Assembly: GCF_009914755.1 (NCBI RefSeq)
Contig: NC_060929.1
Direction: 5' to 3' (one strand)
Length of the DNA stretch: 64,000 bases
From: the human T2T-CHM13v2.0 reference genome, Homo sapiens
Positions 29,356 to 39,927 of this stretch are shown here, piece by piece. How positions within the stretch are numbered: the first letter of the stretch is position 1; every line of letters starts with the position of its first letter. The position numbers were made by a program, and so were the translations under genes. Below the pieces are notes generated by a model. It saw only the letters and a program-made list of their open reading frames with translations, had not been told where the DNA came from and did not search any database.

Positions 29356-29620
29356 TTCCTTCCTTCTTTCTCTCTCCTTTCCTCCCTTCCTTCCTTCCTT
29401 CCATTAAGCAAGATAATCTTTTTCTCTCTTCTAAAACTAATTTCAAAGGAAGGAACAAATTCAATAAATCAATCATTTATGGTTCATTAAAACTGACTCC
29501 CACTTAGCATTTTAGTAACATATGCTAACCTTTTCCTTTCTCCCTCCCTCTCTTCCTTCCTTCCCTCCATTCCTTCTTTTTCCTCCCTCCATCTCTCTCT
29601 CTGTGTCTTTCTCTCTCTCT
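29356..29620. repeat. CT-rich (CCTT/CT)n tract interrupted by direct repeat copy 2 (29404-29538)
   Basis: Pyrimidine low-complexity sequence on both sides of the copied segment. Confidence 0.92.
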
Positions 29621-29870
29621 CGTAGTCTGACTTCTCACTGGAGAAAAATTTATATTAGGTGGAAATTATATTTGAAAGCCTAGTTCATCTGGGCTGGCAA
29701 AAGAATGATGAAGAAATGTTTTGTCACGAGATTGTTCTCTGCAGTGGAAAACATTGATTTCAATGATTTGTCTATCAACTGCCAATATACCAAACATGTA
29801 TTAATTTGTTTTGTCATAAATTCTGCACATTTTATATTTAATATACAATAGTTTTTTTTCAAAAACATTT

Positions 29871-30390
29871 GATGAGCATCTCATTGGAGTATGAGTACAG
29901 AAAAAGATTTCTATATGTTTTATTGACTGTGTTTTTTGAAGTAAGTATTAAGTGAGCAATCGAAATAGAAACTTGAGGAAGTAATGTCTGTAACTGATAT
30001 TTAGCTAGTTCCAAGGTAAAATTATAACTACAAATCTATCAAACCATTACTAAGATGACCTTAATAGATTTAGATTACCATCATATACTTTTAACTTGTC
30101 TCCCCGCTTTGACTCTAGACTCCTCCATTCTTCACACAGCAGTACAAGGGATCTTTTCATAATCTAAATCAATTCGTGTCATGCTTGTGCTCAACACTAC
30201 CCAATGGCTTCTTATGTCAGAGCCTACTCATATTCCGCCAATGCCTACTTACTATTTTGGGGGAGTAATTGGACCCCTGATGTATTCATGAATGATTAGA
30301 ATAAAAACTACATTTTCTTCTTTATCTCAGACCTAGAGGTAACCATGAGATGAAATGAAATTCTATTCAATGGAATGGAATCAGAAGTGT
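29871..30390 (+). repeat. Inverted repeat, left arm (~520 bp)
   Basis: Colinear reverse complement of 30806-31340, e.g. ttttattgactgtgttttttgaagtaa / ttacttcaaaaaacacagtcaataaaa and aaaccattactaagatgacctt / aaggtcatcttagtaatggttt. Confidence 0.95.
30085..30220 (+). mobile_element. L2 fragment (continues at ~31450)
   Basis: ccattcttcacacagcag...gatctttt...tgtcatgc...caatggcttc. Confidence 0.6.
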
Positions 30391-30645
30391 CTTAAACAAT
30401 TTCTGGGACATAACTTTTTAGATAGAGGTATTTTCTTTGCTCCTTTGTATTTTATGGTTGTTGAAATACAGAGTTGATGACTGGAGCTCATTCAGCCATT
30501 TCAGTCCCTGAGGCAGAAGTCATAGTCTGAGTATGATTGAACAGCAAGAGAGAGGATCTTAGGTCCCTGAGAGTTTTATGAATTTCAACAAGATGCCTAT
30601 ATCTTGATGTCTTTATATGAAAGTGAATGAATATTTATCTTTCCT
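30225..30645 (+). mobile_element. Old MLT1 (MLT1J/I-like) LTR inserted in the L2
   Basis: caatggaatggaatcagaagtg; ctggagctc..cagccatt; ggtccctgag motifs. Confidence 0.5.
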
Positions 30646-30649
30646 GGAA

Positions 30650-30763
30650 AGAGACAGAGAGAGAAGGAGAGGGAGAGAGGGGGAGAGAGAGAGAGAGGGA
30701 GGGAGAGAGAATATACATATTATATATATATATTATATATATATTATATATATATATATATAT
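30650..30763. repeat. (GA)n followed by (TA)n microsatellites
   Basis: Seen directly in the spacer of the inverted repeat. Confidence 0.95.
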
Positions 30764-30805
30764 TCTAGTGCTTCTGCTTACATTCCATTGAATGGACTTC
30801 TGCTT

Positions 30806-31340
30806 ACACTTCTGCGTACATTCCATTTAATAGAATTTAATCTTGTGGCTAACTCTAGCTCTGAGATAAAGTGGAAAATGTAGCTTTTATTCTAATTATT
30901 TGTGAATACATCAGGGGTACAATTTCCCCAAAAGAATAGTAACTATGCATTGGAGGAATATAAGTAGACTCCGACGTAAGAAGCCATTGGGTGGTGTTGA
31001 GCACAGGCATGACACAAACTGATTTAGATTATGAAAGGATCACTTGGACTGCTGTGTGATGAATGGAGGAGTCTAGAGTTGAAGCAAGGAGACCAGCTAG
31101 AAGTCTATGATAGTAATCTAAATTCTATCAAGGTCATCTTAGTAATGGTTTAATAGATATGTATTTATAAGATATATAAGTTATAAGGTTTACTTTGGAA
31201 CTGGACAAATATCAGTTACTGACCCTACTTCCTCAAGTTTTTATTGCCTTGATTATTCACTTAATATTTACTTCAAAAAACACAGTCAATAAAAAATGTA
31301 GAAATATTTTTCTGTACCCCTACTCTAATGAGATACTCAT
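30806..31340 (-). repeat. Inverted repeat, right arm (~535 bp)
   Basis: Reverse complement of 29871-30390, roughly 80-85% identical by eye. Confidence 0.95.
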
Positions 31341-31449
31341 TGAAAGATAGAAGATTCATTCACTTCCATATATGTGTGTGTGTTTGTCTGTGTGTCTGTA
31401 TACGTATATATTTCATTGATGCCTAATTCTAACTTTTCACAAAATTGAG

Positions 31450-31915
31450 AGGGAAATTTAAAATCTTCTTCATGGCTTGTATGTTCCTATATGACTCAGT
31501 CCTTGGCCTTGTTATTTCCTAACCTTCATCCTCATTCATTCTAGTACAGCTATGCCAAACTTCTTGCTGCTCCTTAGAGCACACCACACCATAAGGTTGT
31601 CCTTTCTCCCCTTCAGAATGCAATGCTCTTTCCCCAGATACTCACATAAGTTTAGTCTGATCTCGGCTTGGATCTTTTCCAGAAATGCCTTCTAGTCACC
31701 ATATATTAAATAAAAGCACAAGTTAGTCTTTCTTTGCCTGCTACTTCTTTTGTGTACTTATTAATCTCAGCTAATATATTATATATTTTATTTGTCTTTT
31801 ACTTCATCTGTCTTCTCTGTTAGAAGGTAAGTTCCATGAGGGTAGGCACTTCAATTTGTTTACGATGCTATCTCCTAGACCAATAACTGTTCCAGGTACA
31901 GGTACTTACCCACAA
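31450..31915 (+). mobile_element. L2 3' portion
   Basis: tgctctttccccagata; tagaaggtaagttccatgagggtaggcac; ccaggtaca tail-like motifs. Confidence 0.65.
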
Positions 31916-33681
31916 AATGTTCTTATACTATTCTTATAATATCATAAAGTATACATCCTATGTACTACACACAGGACATCCAGGATACAGTTAGGCTGGT
32001 AAACTGATAAGACACTGATTATCATTTCGATGGTCAGTTTGTTAAAGGACCCCCGAAGAATCTTCAGAGTGTTACTTGGTGAATTCTTATGTTGTTCTGT
32101 GAGTTTTACATACAGAAAACAGGAGAATTTTGCTGATATTAGACCCTAAGTTCAGTTTTTTTAATGGGAAAGTGACTGTTACACCGCAACCTGACCTGGA
32201 CAATTTTTGACTCAACATGATACTATCTAACATTATGTAATTCAAAATTCTGGAAATATACTGATTTCACACTACTGTGGAATTGTTTGGATATAAGTGT
32301 GTTATGGATGGGAGTAGAAATTTCCCTCATGAATATTCCCACAGTCAATTATACTGGACAGATTCTCAATCCTGGGGAAGAAAATTCCTAAAGAGCCTCA
32401 AGAGGTGCACTATAGCTGAGAAGTGTGAACATCTTTCATTTTCTCTAAATGTTTTGGACATTCGGCCTAGAATCAGTGAGACACAGGTAGTTCCCACATT
32501 GGTGGAGGCAACCTGGATGTAAACAGGAAGACGTGGGGCTGATAAAAACTCTGCAGTATAGGGCTGCAACTGTGTAATAATTGTGAATTATTTTCTACGC
32601 TGTATTTTCTTCTAGTGTGTGGTCAAGCCTTCGGTAAAATCTTGACAAATGTTCTCTAGGTCATGAAGAAGTAAGGAAAAGGGACTATTCCACATATTAG
32701 GATAAGGCAGTCAGAGAGAAAGTAGAGTCCCTTTCCAAAATTCAGAGAGCTGGTCTCTTGGTATGGATGTGCCCAAAATAGTGGCAATTAACCCAGGTGA
32801 TATAGCTGAGACAGCAGTGCCATATAATAATAACAAAGTTGGAGGGGCAAATCAGAAGGACCTGACACAAGAGCCAGAACTCTGAAAAAATTTTAGAAAT
32901 TGTTACGCCTCAGAATTTGAGAAAGTGTTCATTTCTGCACTAAAGCATGTGGGAGGTCATTCCATTTTAAAGAAGTCTACGTAGGTAAGATCTCCCTTAT
33001 ATATTCTTTCTATTTATATACCAGAGATCATTCATTTAAAAAAAAGAGCATTTTTCACATTATACTGAAAATTATTGCTTTTTACCCAGCACAAGCCTGT
33101 ACATTCTTTAAAGACAGGAACTGCCTCATTTATCCATGTATTCCCAGTAACCAGCACACTGCTAAGCAAAGTGAACCCTCCATAAATATTTGTAGAAGGC
33201 AGAAACAAATCTTTTAAATAGCATTTACACTCATTCCCATGATTTGAATGAAATAACATATACAAAATATGTGTCTTAATAATGTTAATTGAATCTTAAG
33301 TTGTGCCAAGGGCCTTGTACAAACAAAAACTAAAAAAAAAAAAAAAAAAAAAAAATCAGCAAGGAATATTTTAGAATACCTTTATCGCAAAAGCACTTGT
33401 GCATTGTTATAGAATAAGAGGTTAAATGACACGAAAATAATGTTCTACATCATTAAAATTCAATAATTTTCTTCTTCACATTTTTACAATTCCTACTCTG
33501 TCTTTCAAAATTACAAAACGAGAATTTGGAATAGAGAAAAGCCTATGGAAGAAACATGAGAATAAAAAGGTATTTTTCTCTCAATCCAACTGTGACCTAA
33601 TTCTAAGAAAACACACTAGCTCTAAATTATGATGTCTCTAAATACTTAACTTCCTTCCTCAAGTGTAAGTTCTTGGTATTT

Positions 33682-33942
33682 TTTTCTTTTTCTTTTTTTT
33701 TTTTTTTTTTGAGACAGATTCTCTCTCCACTTCCTGGGCTCAAGCAATTCTCCTGGCTCAGCCTCCCGAGTAGCTGGGATTACAGGCACATGCCACCGTG
33801 CCCAGCTGATTTTTGTATTTTTAGTAGAGACAGGGTTTCACCATGTTGCCCAGGCTGGCCTTGAACTCCTGACCTCAGGTGATACACCCATCTTGGCCTC
33901 CCAAAGTGCTCGGATTAAAGGCGTGAGCCACGGCACCAGGCC
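33682..33942 (-). mobile_element. AluS with ~50 bp internal deletion and 14-bp TSD
   Basis: TSD agttcttggtattt at 33668-33681 and 33943-33956; gagacagattctctctc joins directly to cacttcctgggctcaagc. Confidence 0.93.
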
Positions 33943-34784
33943 AGTTCTTGGTATTTCTTAGGCTAAAGCAAATGATGGCTGATGCCCGATCCCTCACTAG
34001 ATACTTGTTAGCAACAGTTCTGGCAGATATAACATACCAATTGCAACCACATTCTATTGTGTGTAGTGTAAAAGGAAAATTGGTAAAAAAAAAACCAAAC
34101 ATCTAAGTTCTTATTTATGATCTTAGCAGTTCAAAGGTTATGAAAGGAAAACATTTTGCCACAGTTCTCAGGAATTAGCAAAAATTCAATTGTGTCATAG
34201 TTCATTTGTTTGGCATCCTTCTTTCTTAAGTCAGCCAAATGCAAGGACATTCAGCTCCTGTCTTCTTTTAACAGCAGTCATTTGGACTGGGAAGCTTCCA
34301 GCCTAAGGTCAATCTTACGGATACTGATTGCTTTTCTGAAACATACTATTACATTAATTGATGCCCATTTACTCTGTGTACACAGGGATACACAGACATA
34401 AACATTTAGTACTTTGGCAAATTGATATAATTAAAACAGAAAAGTAAGAATGACAGATGAATTTCATATGTTTTAGAGTCAGATTAATAGCCAAAAATGA
34501 AATGATGCCTGTTCCCATTATATAAGGGAACATCATTGTTTCTTTCTACAACCGATTTTAATGAAAAAGTTTTGAGATCTGAGCTCGAATTGTATTTCAC
34601 CAGGAATTATTAAGCTCAGAATAACAGAAAATAGTAAGGCACTACTTAATAAGTGTAAGAACAGAAATTGATGTTTCATTGCCAAGGATTAGTTTTCTTA
34701 ACTGTGGTTTCCTCTTTATAAACAGATTTACAGCTTCTGTCATCTCTGTGTACTTTCATAACATTAAAAATAAACTTGGAAATA

Positions 34785-35931
34785 GTGATGCCCACAAGAT
34801 GGAAGAATAGGAAGTCCTAGCGTTTAGTTCCCCCAGAGAAACAGCAAACAATACTATATACATGAAAATACCGTTATGAGAAGTCTACAATGTAGGTAAA
34901 GAGTTGCAGCACACCACATGAGCACAAAACCAAGAAGAGCCACACTGAAATGGATATGAGTAATTTCACTTTATCCACATCAGCCTTTCCCCCAAACTGG
35001 CACAGCTCAGCAGAGAGAGAGATCGCCTGGCCCATGACTTCTACAAAGGGAGTAAAGAGAGGGTGAACCATAAGCCTAACTTCCCAGCTTTTCAATACGC
35101 TCCACAAGAGGCCAGTTTCAGTGTTACCTCATACAAAGTGCTGAACGAAGCAGCATACTTCAGATTACTGGAACAGCTTGGAACAAAGAAAAAGGGGTGG
35201 GCACGCCCCTACAGCTAGCACAGATCTGCAAGATTGGAAACCGTACAGAACTGAGACTTCTCCCTCAGGAAAGAACATGAATGGGACATGACTCTAATAT
35301 CCTGTGACTCCAATGTCCCTGGCCTTTCAGCACACTACTCAAGGAGCCAGTGCCTCTCTTGCCTTACACTGAGCACTAAAGGAACTGACATATTCTAACA
35401 CCAGCAGGAGCATGTGTTTAAAGCACCATGGGCTTTAAAAATAAAAAGACTGGATGCCCGGGCAGCTAGGAACACAGGCCTGGAATCCCTAGCCAGGCTG
35501 ATCAGGAAACTTTTTTCTGTCAAAGCCAGTCTATGGAGAATTACTAGAAGAGCTAGTTGTTTCTTCAAATGTGTAGACGTCAATACAAAGCTACAAAAAA
35601 TAGGAAAAGATCAGGAAAGCATGATACAATCAAATAAAGAAAACAAATCTCCAGTAATGGATCCTAAAGAAAGGGAGATATAAAAACTATTTGACAAAGA
35701 ATTCAAGATAGTCATCTTCAAGAGGCTCAGGAGTTGCAAGAGAACACAGACAGTTAAATAAATTCTGAAAAATAATACATAAGTAAATTAAGAATGTAAA
35801 CAAAGTAATAGAAGTATTTCTTTAAAGAACAAAACAAAAATTCTGGAACTGAAGAATACAGCTGAAATAAAATATTCAATGTAAGTGTTCAAAAGCATAT
35901 TTAATCAAGCAGAAGAAAGAATTAGTGAACT
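34785..35931 (+). mobile_element. Old L1MA-type element, 5' part (5'UTR and ORF1 remnant); host of the L1PA
   Basis: caagatggaagaatagga 5' motif; ORF1 coiled-coil-like aaaattctggaactgaagaataca...gcagaagaaagaattagtgaact. Confidence 0.75.
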
Positions 35932-36372
35932 GGGAGGGGTGGAACCAAGATGGCCAAATAGGAACAGCTCTAGTCTACAGCTCCCAGCATGAGCGACACA
36001 GAAGATGGGTGATTTCTGCATTTCCAACTGAGGTACTGGGTTCGTCTCACTGGGGAGTGTCAGAAAGTGGGTGCAGGACAGTGGGTGCAGTGCACCGAGT
36101 GTGAGCCAAAGAAGGGTGAGGGAAGTGAAAGGGGTCAGTGAATTCCCTTTCCTAGTCAAAGAAAGGGGTGACAGACAGCACCTGGAAAATCGGGTCACTC
36201 CCAACCTAACACTGCAGTTTTCCAATGGTCTTAGCAAACAGCACACCAGGAGATTATATCCCGCGCCTGGCTCAGAGGGTCCTATGCCCACGGAGCCTTG
36301 CTCATTGCTAGCACAGCAGTCTGAGATCGAACTGCAAGGTGGCAGCGAGGCTGGGGGAGGGGCACCCACCAT
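35905..36372 (-). CDS. L1 antisense ORF0-like frame, open for 155 codons; expression unproven
   Basis: ATG at 36372 gives MVGAPPPASLPPCSSISDCCASN...GVTRFSRC, homologous to primate L1 ORF0. Confidence 0.45.
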   Translation of the reverse strand: MVGAPPPASLPPCSSISDCCASNEQGSVGIGPSEPGAGYNLLVCCLLRPLENCSVRLGVTRFSRCCLSPLSLTRKGNSLTPFTSLTLLWLTLGALHPLSCTHFLTLPSETNPVPQLEMQKSPIFCVAHAGSCRLELFLFGHLGSTPPSSLILSSA

Positions 36373-36946
36373 TGCCAAGGCTTGAGTAGGTAAACAAAGT
36401 GGCCAGGAAACTCAAACTTGATGAAGCCCACCGCAGCTCAAGGAGGCCTGCATGCCTCTGTAGACTCAACTTCTAGGGGCAGGGCACAGCCAAACAAAAG
36501 GCAGCAGAATCCTCTGCAGACTTAAATGTCCCTGTCTGACAGCCTTGAAAAGAGTAGTGGCTCTCCCAGCATGCAGCTGGAGATCTGAGAAAGGACAGAC
36601 TGCCTCCTCAAGTGGGTCCCTGACCCCCAAGTAGTCTAACTGGGAGGCACCCCCCAGTAGGGGCAGAATGACACCTCACACACCCGGGTACTCCTCTGAG
36701 ACAAAACTTCCAGAGGAATGATCAGGCAGCAACATTTGCGGTTCACCAATATCTGCTGTTCTGCAGCCTCCGCTGCTGATACCCGGGCAAACAAGTCTGG
36801 AGTGGACCTCCAGCAAACTCCAGCAGACCTGCAGCTGAGGGTCCTGACTGTTAGAAGGAAAACTGACAAACAGAAAGGACATCCACACCAAAACCCCATC
36901 TGTACATCACCATCATCAAAGACCAAAGGTAGATAAAACCACAGAT

Positions 36947-37957
36947 ATGGGGAAAAAACAGAGCAGAAAAACTGGAAACTCTAAAAATCAGAGCACCTCT
37001 CCTCCTCCAAAGGAATGCAGCTCCTCACAAGCAATGGAACAAAGCTGGATGGAGAATGATTTTGACAAGTTGAGAGAAGAAGGCTTCAGATGATCAAACT
37101 ACCCCAAGCTAAAGGAGGAAGTTCGAACCCATGCCAAAGAACTTAAAAAGCTTGAAAAAAAAGTAAACAAATGGCTAACTAGAATAACCAATGCAGAGAG
37201 GTCCTTAAAGGACTGATGGAGCTGAAAACCAAGGCACAAGAACTACGTGATGAATGCACAAGCCTCAGTAGCTGATTCGATCAAGTGGAAGAAAGGGTAT
37301 CAATGATGGAAGATGAAATGAATGAAATGAAGTGAGAAGTTTAGAGAACAAAGAATAAAAAGAAATGAACAAAGCCTCCAAGAAATATAGGACTATGTGA
37401 AAAGACCGAATCTACATCTGATTGGTGTACCTGAGAGTGATGGGGTGAATGGAACCAAGTTGGGAAGCACTCTGCAGGGTATTATCCAGGAGACCTTCCC
37501 CAATCTAGCAAGGCAGGCCAACATTCAAATTCAGGAAATACAGAGAATGCCACAAAGATACTCCTCAAGGAGAGCAACTCCAAGACACATAATTGTCAGA
37601 GTCACCAAAGTTGAAATGAAGGAAAAAATGTTAAGGGCAGCCAGAGAGAAAGGTTGGGTTACCCACAAAGGGAAGCCCATCACACTAACAGCGGATCTCT
37701 CGGCAGAAACTAGGCAAGCCAGAAGAGAGTGGGGGCCAATATTCAACATTCTTAAAGAAAAGAATTTTCAACCCAGAATTTCATATCCAGCCAAACTAAG
37801 CTTCATAAGGGAAGGAGAAATAAAATACTTCACAGAAAAGCAAATGCTGAGAGATTTTGTCACCACCAGGCCTGCCCTAAAAGAGTTCCTGAAGGAAGTA
37901 CTAAACATGGAAAGGAAAAACCGAAACCAGTCACTGCAAAAACATGTCAAATTGTAA
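36947..37957 (+). pseudogene. Disrupted L1 ORF1p
   Basis: ATG at 36947; stops in the N-terminal half; 37397-37957 open (RRM/CTD: REWGPIFNILKEKNFQPRISYPAKLS). Confidence 0.9.
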
Positions 37958-38020
37958 AGACTTTTGAGGCTAGGAAGAAACTGCGTCAACTAATGAGCAA
38001 AATAACCAGCTAACATCATA

Positions 38021-38408
38021 ATGACAGGATCAAATTCACACATAACAATATTAACCTTAAATGTAAGTGGGCTAAATGCTCCAATTAAAAGACACAGACT
38101 GGTAAATTGGATAAAGAGTCAAGACCCACCAGTGTGCTGTATTCAGGAAACCCATCTCACATGCAGAAACACACATAGTCTCAAAATAAAGGATTGGAGG
38201 AAGATCTACCAAGTATATGGAGAACAAAAAAAGGCAGGGGTTGCAATCCCAGTCTCTGATAAAACAGACTTTAAACCAACAAAGATCAAAAGAGATAAAG
38301 AAGGCCCTTACATCATGGTAAAGGGATCAATTCAACAAGAAGAGCTAACTATCCTAAATATATATGCACCCAATATAGGAACACCCAGATTCATAAAGCA
38401 AGTCCTTA
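38021..38408 (+). pseudogene. L1 ORF2 endonuclease N-terminus, cut by the HERV9 insertion
   Basis: MTGSNSHITILTLNV...PRFIKQVL then LTR sequence. Confidence 0.92.
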
Positions 38409-39906
38409 TGAGAGATGACAGCATGCTGGCAGTCCTCACAGCCCTCACTCACTCTTGGCACCTCCTCTGCCTGGGCTCCCACTTTGGCAGCACTTGAGGA
38501 GCCCTTCAGCCCACCGCTGCACTGTGGGAACCCCTTTCTGGGCTGGCCAAGGCCGGAGCCGGCTCCCTCAGCTGGCAGGGTGGTGTAGAGGGAGAGGCGC
38601 GAGTGGGAACTGGGGCTGCACATGGTGCTTGCAGGCCAGCTGGAGTTCTGGGTGGGTGTGGGCTTGGTGGGCCCTGCACTTGGAGCAGCCGGCCAGCCCT
38701 GCCAGCCCCAGGCATTGAGGGGCTTAGCACCCGGGCCAGCGGCTGTAGAGGGGGTACTGGGTCCCCCAGCAGTGCCAGCCCACTGGCACTGTGCTCAATT
38801 TCTCGCCAGGCCTTAGCTGCCTTCCCACGGGGCAGGGCTTGGGACCTGCAGCCCACCATGCCTGAGCCTCCCACCCCCTCTGTGGGCTCCTGTGTGGCCC
38901 GAGCCTCCCCAAAGAGCGCCAACCCTGCTTCATGGTGCCCAGTCCCATTGACCACCCAAGGGCTGAGGAGTGTGGGTGCATGGTGTGGGACTGGCCGGCA
39001 GCTCCACCTGCAGCCCCGGTGTGGGATCCACAGGGTGAAGCCAGCTGGGCTCCTGAGTCTGGTGGGGACATGGAGAAACTTTATGTCTAGCTAAGTGATT
39101 GTAAATACACCAATCAGCACCGTGTGTCTAGCTCAGGGTTTGTGAAGGCACCAATCGACACTCTGTATCTAGCTACTCTGGTTGGGCCTTGGAGAACATT
39201 TATGTCTAGCTAAGGGATTGTAAATACACCAATCGGCACTCTGTATCTAGCTCAAGGTTTGTAAACACACGAATCAGCACCCTGTATCTAGCTCAGGGTT
39301 TGTGAAGGCACCAATCGACACTCTGTACCTAGCTAATCTGGTGGGGACATGGAGAACCTTTGTGTCTAGCTCAGGGATTGTAAATGCACCAATCAGCACC
39401 CTGTCAAAACAGACCACTCAGCTCTACCAATCAGCAGGATGTGGGTGGGGCCAGATAAGAGAATAAAATGTGGCTGCCTGAGCCAGCAGTGGCAACCCAC
39501 TTGGGTCCCCTTCCACACTGTAGAAGCTTTGTTCTTTCGCTCTTTGCAATAAACCTTGCTACTGCTCACTCCTTGGGTCCACACTGCTTTTATGAGCTGT
39601 AACACTCACCATGAAGGTCTGCAGCTTCACTCCTGAAGCCAGCAAGACCACGAGCCCACCAGGAGGAATGAACAACTCCAGATGTGCTGCGTTAAGAGCT
39701 GTAACACTCACCACAAAGGTCTGCAGCTTTACTCCTGAGCCAGCGAGACCACGAACCTACCAGAAGGAAGAAACTCCAAACACATCCAAACATCAGAAGG
39801 AACAAATTCCAGACACACCAACTTAAGAGCTGTAACACTCACCGCAAGGGTCCGCAGCTTCATTCTTGAAGTCAGTGAGACCAAGAACCCACCAATTCCG
39901 GACACA
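38409..39906 (+). promoter_or_regulatory. 5' LTR12 (1498 bp): GC-rich U3, six CCAAT-type repeat units, AATAAA-type TATA box, polyA signal, U5 repeats
   Basis: tgagagatgacagc...ccaattccggacaca; caccaatc units 39108-39393; three agctgtaacactcacc units. Confidence 0.93.
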
Positions 39907-39909
39907 TTT

Positions 39910-39927
39910 TGGCAACCACGAAGGGAC
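39910..39927 (+). promoter_or_regulatory. Primer binding site, tRNA-Arg
   Basis: tggcaaccacgaagggac, one mismatch to the complement of the tRNA-Arg(TCG) 3' end as recalled (TGGCGACCACGAAGGGAC); ERV9 uses tRNA-Arg. Confidence 0.85.

Noticed and set aside
33332-33355. Isolated long A run as a possible retrocopy tail
   Set aside because: No convincing TSD or upstream polyA signal
34200-34400. Non-repeat, complex-looking stretch as a possible exon or conserved element (similar at 53600-53780)
   Set aside because: No credible splice-site pair or recognisable product; conservation cannot be judged from one sequence
38354-39094. Cluster of overlapping 64-163 aa ORFs, repeated at 45746-46455
   Set aside because: GC-rich LTR12 U3 is naturally stop-poor; no protein motifs
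39085-39400. Regularly spaced ~41-bp units resembling a CRISPR array
   Set aside because: LTR12 U3 tandem enhancer repeats with no unique spacers, in primate DNA
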